A stretch of DNA of 64,000 nt from assembly GCA_021735165.1 (NCBI GenBank), contig JAIPHP010000002.1, forward strand, positions 5,491-69,490, read 5' to 3'. The position numbers and the translations under genes were made by a program. Origin of the DNA: Candidatus Woesearchaeota archaeon (GTDB taxonomy: Archaea > Nanobdellota > Nanobdellia > Woesearchaeales > 21-14-0-10-32-9). The notes beneath the pieces were generated by a model. It saw only the letters and a list, made by a program, of their open reading frames with translations, was not told the origin of the DNA and did no database searches. The stretch's first letter is position 1. Every line of letters starts with the position of its first letter. This document shows, piece after piece, positions 1 through 8,900 of this stretch.

Positions 1-315
1 CACTGCAACGTAGTATATGAAAATCGCAATTTTAGAAGACAATAACGAAGATATCCAAAAATACTACGAACACACAATAAAAAACCACAAAACAGACATA
101 TACATACTAACACAAAACAAAAAAATAACACAACAAATAATACAAAACATAAAAAACAACCACAACACAAACACATACACAACATTACAAAAAACACAAT
201 ACGACATAACATTCATAGACGGACTCAACGGAAACTGGAAAAAAAAACTACGACACAATAAACTCAAACAACAAAATACTGGTAACAGGAGACCTAAAAC
301 AAATACAAAAAATTC

Positions 316-1989
316 TCAATGAGTAAACCAAAAACTAAAATTTTCTTTATTATCCAAACGACAAAACCCAAACCTCTCAAACTGAACAACATCCCCAACA
401 GAAACATTTCTAACTAAAGGCTCCGCAAAACCTTTTTTAACAGACTTATCAGGCATCAAAACACTAACACTAACAAGATCCATATCCTTAGGCAAATAAT
501 GAAGCATACCAACACCACTTCGCCTATAAGTATCAATATCCTCATCAACAAACTCCAAAACAGAACCCGCCAAATACCTTACATTAAAACACTCCATAAA
601 CCTATACAAAGAACCTTCCTCTAACTCATTAAAATCATTTTTGGAAATAAAGAAAAAATCATTACTAACAAACTTTCGCTCACCACCCTTAATAGAAGGA
701 TTCAAATTCAAACTAAACTCCTTATGAGGAGCACCACTAACACGAACATCAACAGGAGAATCCACAAAAAAATACCTATTAGCACTCGCATCAAGCAAAC
801 GCTTATTATGTAAAATCAAATCATCCCACGTAAGCACAGGCTCATTCTTAGTAATCCCTGTACTAATAACAAAATTCTTGATTGCCTCAGCCAAAAAACC
901 CCTTCTTCTAAGAGCTCTTAGCGTAGTCAAAGAAGGATCATCCCAACCAATAAGTTCTCCTAAATTAACTTTTTCCCTTATAATTCTTCCTGAAGCCTCA
1001 ACACCTTTAAGATTAAACCTTCCAAACTCAAAAATATTAGTCTCATTATAACCTAACAAATTCTGCAAATACCTCTGCAACTCATTCCTCATCTCAAACT
1101 CCTTACTCCTAATCCTATGAGTAACCTTCAAGAAACCATCCATTATAGAATTCTGAAAATCATAATTAGGCCAAACCCTATATTTTTTGCCTTGTCGAGC
1201 ATGCTCCTTATCAATAATCCTAAAAATAGTAGGATCTCTCATCGTAGAATTCTTATGCTTTAAATCAATCTTTAAACGAGCAATAAAAGAACCCTGAGCA
1301 GACAACATCATCTCCGCCCAACGCTTCAAATTATCTTCAACAGACAAACCCCTACAAGAACAAGACTCGCCAGTCTCCCTACCTTTCTTAATTTCCTCAG
1401 GAGAACAATCACAAACATAAACATCCCCTGACCTAATCAATTTTTCACAATGACCATAATACAAATCCATATAATCTGAAGCATAAACAAGATCATCCCA
1501 CTCAACACCCAACCACTTAAAATCCTCCTGCATAATATCATAAAACTCGCTCCTAACAAGATCCGGATTAGTATCCTCAAACCTCAAAATAAATTTACCA
1601 TTATACGATTTAGCCAACAAATAATTAACAAGACACGCCTTTGCATGACCAATATGAGGATATTTCTCAGGACCTGGAGGAAACGCAGTAATTATCTGTT
1701 CACCCTCTTTAATATTAAGAAAATCAAAAATACCCCTTTTCTCATTCTTGTTTTCAAGAGCATCAGGATCAATTTCAAGCAATTGCTTCTCCTGAGACTC
1801 AAAATCCAAAGAATTAATTTCAGCAACAAGTTCATTAATCTTAGGCATTACCTGCTTTATCTGAGACCTTAAATCAGGAAATGTACCAATAACGCCTCCA
1901 ACAATAGCACCAGGATTAGCCTTACCATTATGCTTGACCGCGTTTAATAACGCCAACTTTTTGATCAACAATAAGACTTCATCATCCAT
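316..1989 (-). CDS. gltX: Glutamyl-tRNA synthetase, archaeal/eukaryal type
   Basis: 557 aa with a class I HIGH motif (PHIGHAKA) and overall GluRS architecture. The coding strand is unusually G+T-rich. Confidence 0.9.
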   Translation of the reverse strand: MDDEVLLLIKKLALLNAVKHNGKANPGAIVGGVIGTFPDLRSQIKQVMPKINELVAEINSLDFESQEKQLLEIDPDALENKNEKRGIFDFLNIKEGEQIITAFPPGPEKYPHIGHAKACLVNYLLAKSYNGKFILRFEDTNPDLVRSEFYDIMQEDFKWLGVEWDDLVYASDYMDLYYGHCEKLIRSGDVYVCDCSPEEIKKGRETGESCSCRGLSVEDNLKRWAEMMLSAQGSFIARLKIDLKHKNSTMRDPTIFRIIDKEHARQGKKYRVWPNYDFQNSIMDGFLKVTHRIRSKEFEMRNELQRYLQNLLGYNETNIFEFGRFNLKGVEASGRIIREKVNLGELIGWDDPSLTTLRALRRRGFLAEAIKNFVISTGITKNEPVLTWDDLILHNKRLLDASANRYFFVDSPVDVRVSGAPHKEFSLNLNPSIKGGERKFVSNDFFFISKNDFNELEEGSLYRFMECFNVRYLAGSVLEFVDEDIDTYRRSGVGMLHYLPKDMDLVSVSVLMPDKSVKKGFAEPLVRNVSVGDVVQFERFGFCRLDNKENFSFWFTH

Positions 1990-2011
1990 GGGCTAAGATA
2001 ACAAGGCAAGA

Positions 2012-2020
2012 TTTATAAAA
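2012..2020 (-). promoter_or_regulatory. TATA-like box upstream of gltX
   Basis: tttataaaa lies about 24-31 nt upstream of the gltX ATG at 1989, the spacing expected for an archaeal TATA box on a leaderless or short-leader transcript. Confidence 0.35.
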
Positions 2021-2129
2021 ACTTTGATTGTAAACAAGGAAAAGAAAAAATTCGGGCTATAAGCTCCAGTGGTTTCGTCCATTGGTACCAAGGTGGGTTT
2101 CCCTTTGGTCAAGCCCACACATACATTTT

Positions 2130-2261
2130 GGGCTCTTAGCTCAGTTCGGTAGAGCGCTCGGTTGGCATACAACGGTAAGCTGTGTTCAGAAATCATGACG
2201 CGGCCAGAAAAATTGTTGTCCAAAGATCGGGAGGCCGCGGGTTCAAATCCCGCAGAGTCCA
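2130..2261 (+). tRNA. tRNA-Ala(GGC) with a ~58-nt intron at the canonical 37/38 position
   Basis: Acceptor GGGCTCT/AGAGTCC carrying the G3:U70 Ala identity pair; D-arm GCTC..GAGC; anticodon stem CTCGG with loop TTGGCA, then an intron (2168-2225), then A-TCGGG; T-arm GCGGG-TTCAAAT-CCCGC; discriminator A. The exact splice junctions are uncertain. Confidence 0.7.
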
Positions 2262-2264
2262 GTT

Positions 2265-2540
2265 TTAGAATTCAGCTTGTAAGTATCGGGCATACTTTTT
2301 TTGATGGGATTCGTGAAGAGGTAATTTTTTCATGTGTTCCTCATAATTTTGTTCAATCAAATTGTAGAGACCCTCTTTTGCTAACTGTTTCACTAGGGGA
2401 GGCGTTCCATCAGGAATTATGCTACTGTATGAATTTGCTTTATCAATTGCTTCCTTAATGTTATCTTCCCACTCACCCATAATGCCTGCTTCTAAAAAAT
2501 CCATTCCATTTCCAGGAAAACTTAATCTGTTTTCCTTCAA
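2265..2540 (-). CDS. Hypothetical protein; possibly the frameshifted 3' continuation of the 2473-3102 ORF
   Basis: 91-aa ORF overlapping the upstream ORF by 68 nt in the +1 frame. A T6 run (ggattttttaga) sits at the junction. Confidence 0.3.
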   Translation of the reverse strand: MKENRLSFPGNGMDFLEAGIMGEWEDNIKEAIDKANSYSSIIPDGTPPLVKQLAKEGLYNLIEQNYEEHMKKLPLHESHQKKYARYLQAEF

Positions 2541-3102
2541 ATTTCTTAGGGTGGTAGAAAAAGTTGTCTATTTCAAATGTGTTTCCATTTATAAGAATCT
2601 CGTTCAAAAGATATTTTATTAGTTCTTTTTTCAAAGTTGGATATTTATAATCTTGTGCGTAATGAATATCATTATCATAAATATCTTCTTTACTTTCAAG
2701 CGTTTTATTTAATCCTTCCATTGATAGGACAGGAAAAATTATTTCATGATTAAGAAAAACAAATTCGTTCTTATGGTATAATGCGTTCACAAAGTCGTCC
2801 AGCATCATGCCAAATTCAATGTTAGCAGTCGATTCTCTTTTAATGCTCTCAATGTTCCACTCATGCTGTTCTTTTACACGTGTAGTTCCTTCTTTGAAAT
2901 CGGAAAGTTCATCTAATACTGATGCTAGAATTGGCGAAATGTGGATAGCTTCTTTTACACCTGGATTTGGTCTCCATGCAAGCAATCCTAAGTAGTTCTC
3001 AGGATATTTAAAATGATATTCATGTGCAAGAATAATCGCTTTCTCAACGTGTATATCTGCTTCACAATTATCCTTCTTAGATAAATAGATTTTGTCCCCC
3101 AT
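2473..3102 (-). CDS. Hypothetical protein
   Basis: 209-aa ORF with no recognisable motif. Confidence 0.45.
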   Translation of the reverse strand: MGDKIYLSKKDNCEADIHVEKAIILAHEYHFKYPENYLGLLAWRPNPGVKEAIHISPILASVLDELSDFKEGTTRVKEQHEWNIESIKRESTANIEFGMMLDDFVNALYHKNEFVFLNHEIIFPVLSMEGLNKTLESKEDIYDNDIHYAQDYKYPTLKKELIKYLLNEILINGNTFEIDNFFYHPKKFEGKQIKFSWKWNGFFRSRHYG

Positions 3103-3183
3103 GTATTAGCTAATCCCAAAACATATTTAAAATTATCTAATTTAAGCACTCTTAAGTGAGAAATGAACAGAAAAACTGGTTAC

Positions 3184-3257
3184 GGGCAAGTAGTTCAATC
3201 TGGTAGAATGCTTCGTTCGCAACGAAGAGATTTTGGGTTCAAATCCCAACTTGTCCA
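3184..3257 (+). tRNA. tRNA-Ala(CGC), intronless
   Basis: 74-nt cloverleaf: GGGCAAG acceptor with G3:U70; D-arm GTTC/GAAT; anticodon arm CTTCG-TTCGCAA-CGAAG; T-arm TTGGG-TTCAAAT-CCCAA; discriminator A. Confidence 0.9.
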
Positions 3258-3410
3258 TTTAGCCATCAGGCCACATTGCAGGAACTTAAACTCATAAGTT
3301 ATTCAGGCATACCATCCCCTGTAATACTCTGCAGTTATTTTCTTTGCCCAAGCACAAGAAAAACTCCTAGAATTATATCCTGAATATAAAAACAAATTAA
3401 GATAAATCAC

Positions 3411-3448
3411 TGTCCCATCTCAGTGACCTGTTTTAACTCCACATCGCA
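3411..3448 (+). repeat. Cassette-boundary motif, copy A
   Basis: tctcagtgacctgttttaactccacatcgca matches copy B at 30 of 31 positions. It lies immediately 3' of the Fic gene. Confidence 0.8.
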
Positions 3449-3456
3449 TGTATGTA

Positions 3457-4461
3457 TTAAAGAAATGTGTTCCAGTAATTTTCAACAAATTCATTTGCAC
3501 TAAATTTTACTAGAGCAGAATATCCATCTATACTTGAAGAATTTAAGTCAAGAATATCTGCTTTTGATAATGCATCTAAATATTTTTTTCTGTTCTTTTT
3601 TCGTATGATTAAAGGAGGATAATTATTTTGTAACAAAATTATGTTTGCAAGCAACCTTCCTGTTCTTCCATTACCATCAAAAAAGGGATGTATTTTTTCA
3701 AACTTGTGATGAAATATTGTTGCTAAAACTAAAGGGTGCAATTTATTTTTATGCTCCCTGAGCCATTTTAGAAGAAGAGTCATGTCTGTTTTTACATATT
3801 GTGCCGGACTTGATTTAAATCGAGTTTTGGTAACTCTAATATCTTGTGTTCTATAACCTTTTCGCACATCAATTTTGTCAATCAAAAGCGAATGAACGTC
3901 TTGAATTACGTCATGAGTAAGGACGTTTGGAATTTTTTCATAATACTTAAAAAAAACCACTCTTGTATTTTGTAAATCATATACTTCTCTAAGAGTTCTA
4001 TCTTTAGGAGTTTTTTGATTGATTAGTAAATTTTCTGCTTCCTTTAGAGTTATTGTGTTTCCTTCTAAGGAAGTTGTATTATAAGAAAAAGAAACTACAA
4101 AATCATTAAGCAATTCATCTTTAGAATTAATATCTAATTTTTGAAAAACGTTGTTCCAGTGAAGTTTGCATGCTTCGACAACATTTAATGATTCATCCAA
4201 ATACTGATCTTTTTTTAATTTTTCTTTCTTTATTTTTTCTAAATAATGGTTCACTTCCAAGAATTTATGAATAGTTTTGTAGGTTTTTCTTATTTCTTTT
4301 TGATGAATTTGTGGAAGGAGAGCTAATTTTTCTTTGATTTTTGATGGATTATTTCCTAAGTATGCTATGTCTTTTGTTATTTGTTTTCCATTTTTTGTTA
4401 AAGAAGCTCTAAGATAATAATATTCTTTATTTCCTATGCTTTTTTTATAAATAAATACCAT
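3457..4461 (-). CDS. fic: Fic/DOC-family protein (AMPylase), class II, with an intrinsic inhibitory motif
   Basis: Canonical Fic motif HPFFDGNGRTGR. An upstream TTSLEGN sequence matches the [ST]xxxE[GN] inhibitory helix. Confidence 0.9.
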   Translation of the reverse strand: MVFIYKKSIGNKEYYYLRASLTKNGKQITKDIAYLGNNPSKIKEKLALLPQIHQKEIRKTYKTIHKFLEVNHYLEKIKKEKLKKDQYLDESLNVVEACKLHWNNVFQKLDINSKDELLNDFVVSFSYNTTSLEGNTITLKEAENLLINQKTPKDRTLREVYDLQNTRVVFFKYYEKIPNVLTHDVIQDVHSLLIDKIDVRKGYRTQDIRVTKTRFKSSPAQYVKTDMTLLLKWLREHKNKLHPLVLATIFHHKFEKIHPFFDGNGRTGRLLANIILLQNNYPPLIIRKKNRKKYLDALSKADILDLNSSSIDGYSALVKFSANEFVENYWNTFL

Positions 4462-4495
4462 CTTTAATCAAGTATAATGTCTAAATATATAAATC

Positions 4496-4533
4496 TTACC
4501 CTTTAAATAGACGAATATATAAATAAAGGGTAA
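4496..4533. promoter_or_regulatory. Perfect 10-bp inverted repeat with a TATA-containing loop; putative operator
   Basis: ttacccttta - 18-nt loop (aatagacgaatatataaa) - taaagggtaa. Confidence 0.4.
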
Positions 4534-4563
4534 TTTGGTATTTTTGAATTTAAAAAAATTTAA

Positions 4564-4607
4564 TTTTTACCCTTTGTATCAACTTATATAAAAATAAAGG
4601 GTAAAAA
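4564..4607. promoter_or_regulatory. Perfect 12-bp inverted repeat of the same half-site with a TATA-containing loop; putative operator
   Basis: tttttacccttt - 20-nt loop (gtatcaacttatataaaaat) - aaagggtaaaaa. Together with 4496-4533 this gives two TACCCTTT/AAAGGGTA palindromes between the divergent Fic and MNT genes. Confidence 0.4.
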
Positions 4608-4623
4608 TTATTGTTATGTGACT

Positions 4624-4669
4624 ATCTCCTCTCAGTGACCTGTCTTAACTCCACATCGCAGAGTCCATC
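4624..4669 (+). repeat. Cassette-boundary motif, copy B
   Basis: ctctcagtgacctgtcttaactccacatcgcagagtccatc lies between the divergently transcribed Fic and MNT genes. Confidence 0.8.
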
Positions 4670-4776
4670 AAAAGTTTCGCTTTTTGAACGCAATCTCCAG
4701 TAGGGCATGAAGCCCTACGACGAAGTCTGTTTTACCAAAACATTTATATATCAAATATGGATAATATTAACCAAAT

Positions 4777-5352
4777 ATGGATAATAAGCTAAAAATTATT
4801 TTATACTTAGCAAATAAAGGAGAAACATTTACTTTGCTAGATTTAAGTAAATCTATCAATATACCCTACGCATCTCTTCACAGAACTGTTGCTAAAATGC
4901 AAGACACAACAGAAATAGAAAGCAAAGGGAAATCTAAATTAATTAAGATTAAATGGAACGAAATTACGAAAGCATACTTGACAATAGCGTCCTACGAAGA
5001 AAAACTTGAATTCATAAAAAAGCACCACATAATAAAAAGAATTGAAGAAAAATCTAAAGATATAACTCTAATCTTTGGAAGTTATGCCAAAGAAACACAA
5101 AATAAAACTAGCGATGTTGATTTGATGATAATTAACAAAACTGGAGAAAAAACAGTAAGTTTCTCTGATTTAGAAATGCTTTACGATATAAAAATAAATC
5201 CTATGTTTTTTACAGAAAAAGAATTCATAGATATGTTGAAGGATAAAGAAGAAAATGTAGGAAAACAAGCACTAAAAGCTCATATTTTGCTATCGGGATT
5301 TTCAGATTTTTGGAGGCTAGTTGAAAATGGAATTTATAAAAGAAAAATATGA
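4777..5352 (+). CDS. Minimal nucleotidyltransferase (MNT) antitoxin with an N-terminal wHTH domain
   Basis: The GSYAKETQNKTSDVDLMII sequence carries the GS...DxD nucleotidyltransferase signature; an N-terminal winged-helix-like segment precedes it. The gene overlaps the downstream HEPN gene by 32 nt. Confidence 0.75.
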   Translation: MDNKLKIILYLANKGETFTLLDLSKSINIPYASLHRTVAKMQDTTEIESKGKSKLIKIKWNEITKAYLTIASYEEKLEFIKKHHIIKRIEEKSKDITLIFGSYAKETQNKTSDVDLMIINKTGEKTVSFSDLEMLYDIKINPMFFTEKEFIDMLKDKEENVGKQALKAHILLSGFSDFWRLVENGIYKRKI

Positions 5353-5842
5353 AGAAAAATTTAAAGAACTAAAAGGACAACACTTAATAGTTAAATCAAC
5401 ATCAACTTTCAAAATAAATCTATTCTTTAAAAAAGCAGAGGCAAGTTTACTAATCGCAATAAATCAAAGAAATCCATCTAAAACTCCAGAAAAAATCTAT
5501 TGGCTACAATGGTCGATAACAATTGCGTACTACGCAATGCTTTATGCAACAAAAGCAATACTTCTAAAAAAAGGCTACGAAGTAAAAACACACGAATCAG
5601 CGCAAATAGCGTTAGGACATTTATTAGTGCCTGATGAATTAGAAAAAGAAGACTTAGAAATACTAAATCAAACTCATAAAATATTCGAAGATGAATATGT
5701 AACATATTTTGAAGACGCAAGAAAAGAAAGTAGTACTGCAAGATACCAAGCAAGACCAAGCTACACAGAAAGAAGAGTAGATGAAATACTCTCAAATGCT
5801 AAGAAATTCATAAATAAGATAAGTGAGATAATAAAAGAATAG
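5321..5842 (+). CDS. HEPN-domain protein, the toxin partner of the MNT
   Basis: 173-aa all-helical ORF overlapping the MNT gene in the classic MNT-HEPN operon arrangement, with R/H-rich C-terminal helices. The Rx4-6H motif is not crisply resolved by eye. Confidence 0.55.
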   Translation: MKMEFIKEKYEEKFKELKGQHLIVKSTSTFKINLFFKKAEASLLIAINQRNPSKTPEKIYWLQWSITIAYYAMLYATKAILLKKGYEVKTHESAQIALGHLLVPDELEKEDLEILNQTHKIFEDEYVTYFEDARKESSTARYQARPSYTERRVDEILSNAKKFINKISEIIKE

Positions 5843-5877
5843 GTGACTACAAAAACAGCCAAATGTAGACACCCAGC

Positions 5878-5926
5878 TGTCCCTTTGTTGTGACCTGTTT
5901 CGTCTCATCGTTCGTGTGAGTCCACT
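5878..5926 (+). repeat. Cassette-boundary motif, copy C (divergent)
   Basis: tgtccctttgttgtgacctgtttcgtctcatcgttcgtgtgagtccac shares cctttgttg.gacc.gttt...catcg...gag.cca with copy D. It lies between the 3' ends of the HEPN gene and the giant repeat-protein gene. Confidence 0.7.
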
Positions 5927-5952
5927 TAATCATTTTGGTATTTTTATTGGGT

Positions 5953-8900
5953 TTAAACTATGTAGAATTGTTGGTATGTGTAGTGGTATGGACTGTATGA
6001 GAAGGCGTATTCTTGTTTTAGTGTTATTTGAGGGTATTGTTGGGCGTTGATGAGTTCTTGAATTGAGCCTCTGTTGCTGTGTATTGTTGAGCTTGTTGGT
6101 ATTAGTAGAGAGGTGTAGCCTAGTTTTTTTACCATGGTTTTTGAGTATTGTATAATTTTTTTGTATAGGTTGTCTGGTGATACGCTTGCAAGGATACTTG
6201 ATGAGGGTTGTATTGATGCTATTAAATAAGTGTTTCCTTGTTCTTGTATGGTTCGATAGATTACTCCTCCGCACGCATTTTGTTCTTCGTCAAGTATTAT
6301 CATTAGCCACATATCTGGTTGATTCCATAGTTTGTCGTCTATTGCAACGCATACTCCGAAGTTGAACATTGCTACTGAGTGCATTTTGTGTTTGGTTAGT
6401 ATGAATTTGAAGGGTGTGCCTGTTAGGCTTCGTCCTTCTTTTTTGAATTCGAATTTTGTCATCTCTTTTTGCATATTTTCGTATTGTTCTCCATATAATT
6501 GATTAAATATTTGTTGTACTAGGCTTTTATCTATTATGTTTGAAGAGTTTTGTATTAGGAATTGGTTTATTTGATCTACGTCGATGTTTTCTGGCCAGTT
6601 AATCTCTTGGATGTTGAATCCTTTTGAGTTGATGATTTCTATGATTTTGTTTTCTTTGTTGTTCATGTTGGATTTCCAGATTCCAAAGAGTGTTTTTGCG
6701 AATTGTCTGTAATCTTTATTTGTGTTTGTTAGTACTAGGAATTCGTTTTTGTATTTTTCTTGTGCTTTTGATAACAAGGATAATATCAAGTCATTTCTTA
6801 GTCTGTCTCCTATGAATTCTTTGTATTTCATCAGCGTTTCATGTTCACTGCTAAAGCTTGGTAGTTGGTTTCCTAGTTGTATGTTGTAGGAGTATATGTA
6901 TTTTAGGTATTCTTTTTGTTTATTTCTCAGGTCTCCGTGTAGAAAGTCTGTTAGTATGTGCATTCCGGTTTCTGCTGGGTCTATATGTATTGGTTTTTGG
7001 TTGATTTCTGTTACTGCTTCTACAAGGTTGTTCCATGATTGAGTGTTTACTTCTTCTTTAAGTACAAAGCCTCCTTTAGATATTCTTACTGTTAAGCCGC
7101 TTAGTTTATTTAGCTCTCCAGGTATGTCACTTTGTCTGTCTTGCCTGTTTTGTATTGCTCGTTTATATTGTTGTCTATCTACAGTTACTTCTGGTGCAAA
7201 TACAGAGTATAAGGTGCCTAGAAGTATGTTTTCGTCATAATCCTTGGTCAAATTGCCATCTAAAATTTCTTTTTTTAATTGTTTTACATCTTTGAAAAGT
7301 TTTTCGTAGTGTATATGTTTATCTTCATGAGTTCCTATATAGATGTTTCTGAATTCTGTGTAGATTTCTAGTAGGTAAGCTGGACTGTTTTCAAGGAATT
7401 GTTTTATTATTTCTGCATCATGGCTTATTGGTTTTTGTATGATGTTTTGTTTCAATCCTTCAAGAATTAGGTTATGTAATATGTCTGGTGCTTTTCTTTG
7501 TTTTTTACTTGTAATCCATACTAATAGTTCCAGGTCTTTTTCGTTGTATACTCCTTCGTATTTGGCAATTCCTGAATAACACTCTATGCATATGAATGAA
7601 GCAGGTCCTTGTGATTCTACTGTAGGAATTATTAGTAATGGAAATGTCAATATTTTAAATCGATTAAAATACGGTAGTAGAAGCTCGAATTTACTGAAAT
7701 TTTCCCATTCCGCTCCTTTTGTTTTTTGTAAGATGTGTATAAAATATTCTGTTATTTTTGGTAGATTTTCTTCGTTGATCATATATTTAATTGTAGGCAA
7801 ACCCTCACAAAAGACCACTTTTGTATGTTCTTTTGAAGCTTTGACTATTTGTAATATGTGCGGGAGGGTTTTTTCATTGATTATTTCTTTTATTGAAGAC
7901 AAACCGTGCTTGAAGACGTGGTTTGTTTGATCTCCTGTTAATTTGACCATCTCTACTAAATATGGCAAAGTTTTTTCATTAAGTGCGGGTTTTATTTCGA
8001 GCAAACCATCATTAAAGAAACTGTGTGTTTCACTTCTTATGACCTTAGCTATTTCTACTAAATAGGCCAAAGTTTTTTCAGTAAGCACATCTTTTATTTC
8101 AAGCAAACCATAAAAGAAAAAACCGTTTTTTTCGTCTCCAGCGGCTTTAGATATTTCTGCTAAATAAAATAGTTTTTTTTCGTTAAGTATGTCTTTTATT
8201 TTATGCAAACCCCAATATTTTAAGAAATTAATTGAGTTGAATTTTAAGTATTTGATTAGTTCAGCTAGTGATAGTCCTATGGATAGTATGTTATTTTCGT
8301 TAATAATATTTTTTATTTCACGAAACCCAAACATAAGGACATGTTTTGATAACTCCCCTTCGGCTTTGAATAATTCTGATAGTTGTAGTCCTATAGATAG
8401 TACGTTATTTTGGTTGATTTTGAATTTTACATAATAAAAACTCTTGAGTACAGATTCTGCTTGGTCTCCTGAGACTTTGGCTATTTTTACTAGTTGTAGT
8501 CCTATTGATAGTAAGTTATTTTCGTTTAGTATATCTCTTATTTTAGACAAACCCTTTTCCAAGACTAAGAGCCTATAGTCTCCAGCGGCTTTTACTATTT
8601 TTATTATGTCGGGGAAAGTTTTTTCATTAAGAATATTTTCTATTTGATATGAACAAAAACTTATGACCTCTCCTGCTTGATCTCCCGAGGATTTTACTAG
8701 TTTTACCATGTCAGGCAAAGTATTTTCATTAAGAATATCTACCAGTTCAGGCAAATAATGTTTAAAAACAGATTCTGTTTGATCAACCCCCAAGGCTTTT
8801 ACTAGTTCTACTATGTAGGGCAAAGTTTTTTCATTTAATATCTCCCTTATATCAGGCAAATAAAATTCTAATACATGTGAGTGAATCCACAAGGATTTAG

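Noticed and set aside
17-322. 101-aa + ORF (QKYYEHTIKNHKTD...)
   Set aside because: It is translated from a near-pure A/C low-complexity tract (poly-N/K/T/Q) with no start context. It is almost certainly non-coding.
3411-4669. Possible CRISPR array: near-identical 31-nt repeats A and B
   Set aside because: There are only two near-identical copies, and the copies are 1.2-4 kb apart rather than 30-40 bp. Each intervening unit contains full-length genes, and no cas genes are present. The motifs are better explained as cassette-boundary or att-like elements.
4751-4790. Tandem 14-bp direct repeat aaatatggataata spanning the MNT start codon, which might indicate an alternative in-frame start
   Set aside because: The upstream ATG is out of frame (offset 20 nt). 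It is probably just a duplicated ribosome-binding or leader segment, and I did not elevate it to a feature.
5930-6274. 114-aa minus-strand ORF overlapping the 3' end of the giant gene
   Set aside because: It is an alternative frame of the same region, with basic low-complexity translation. The long 1170-aa frame is clearly the real one.
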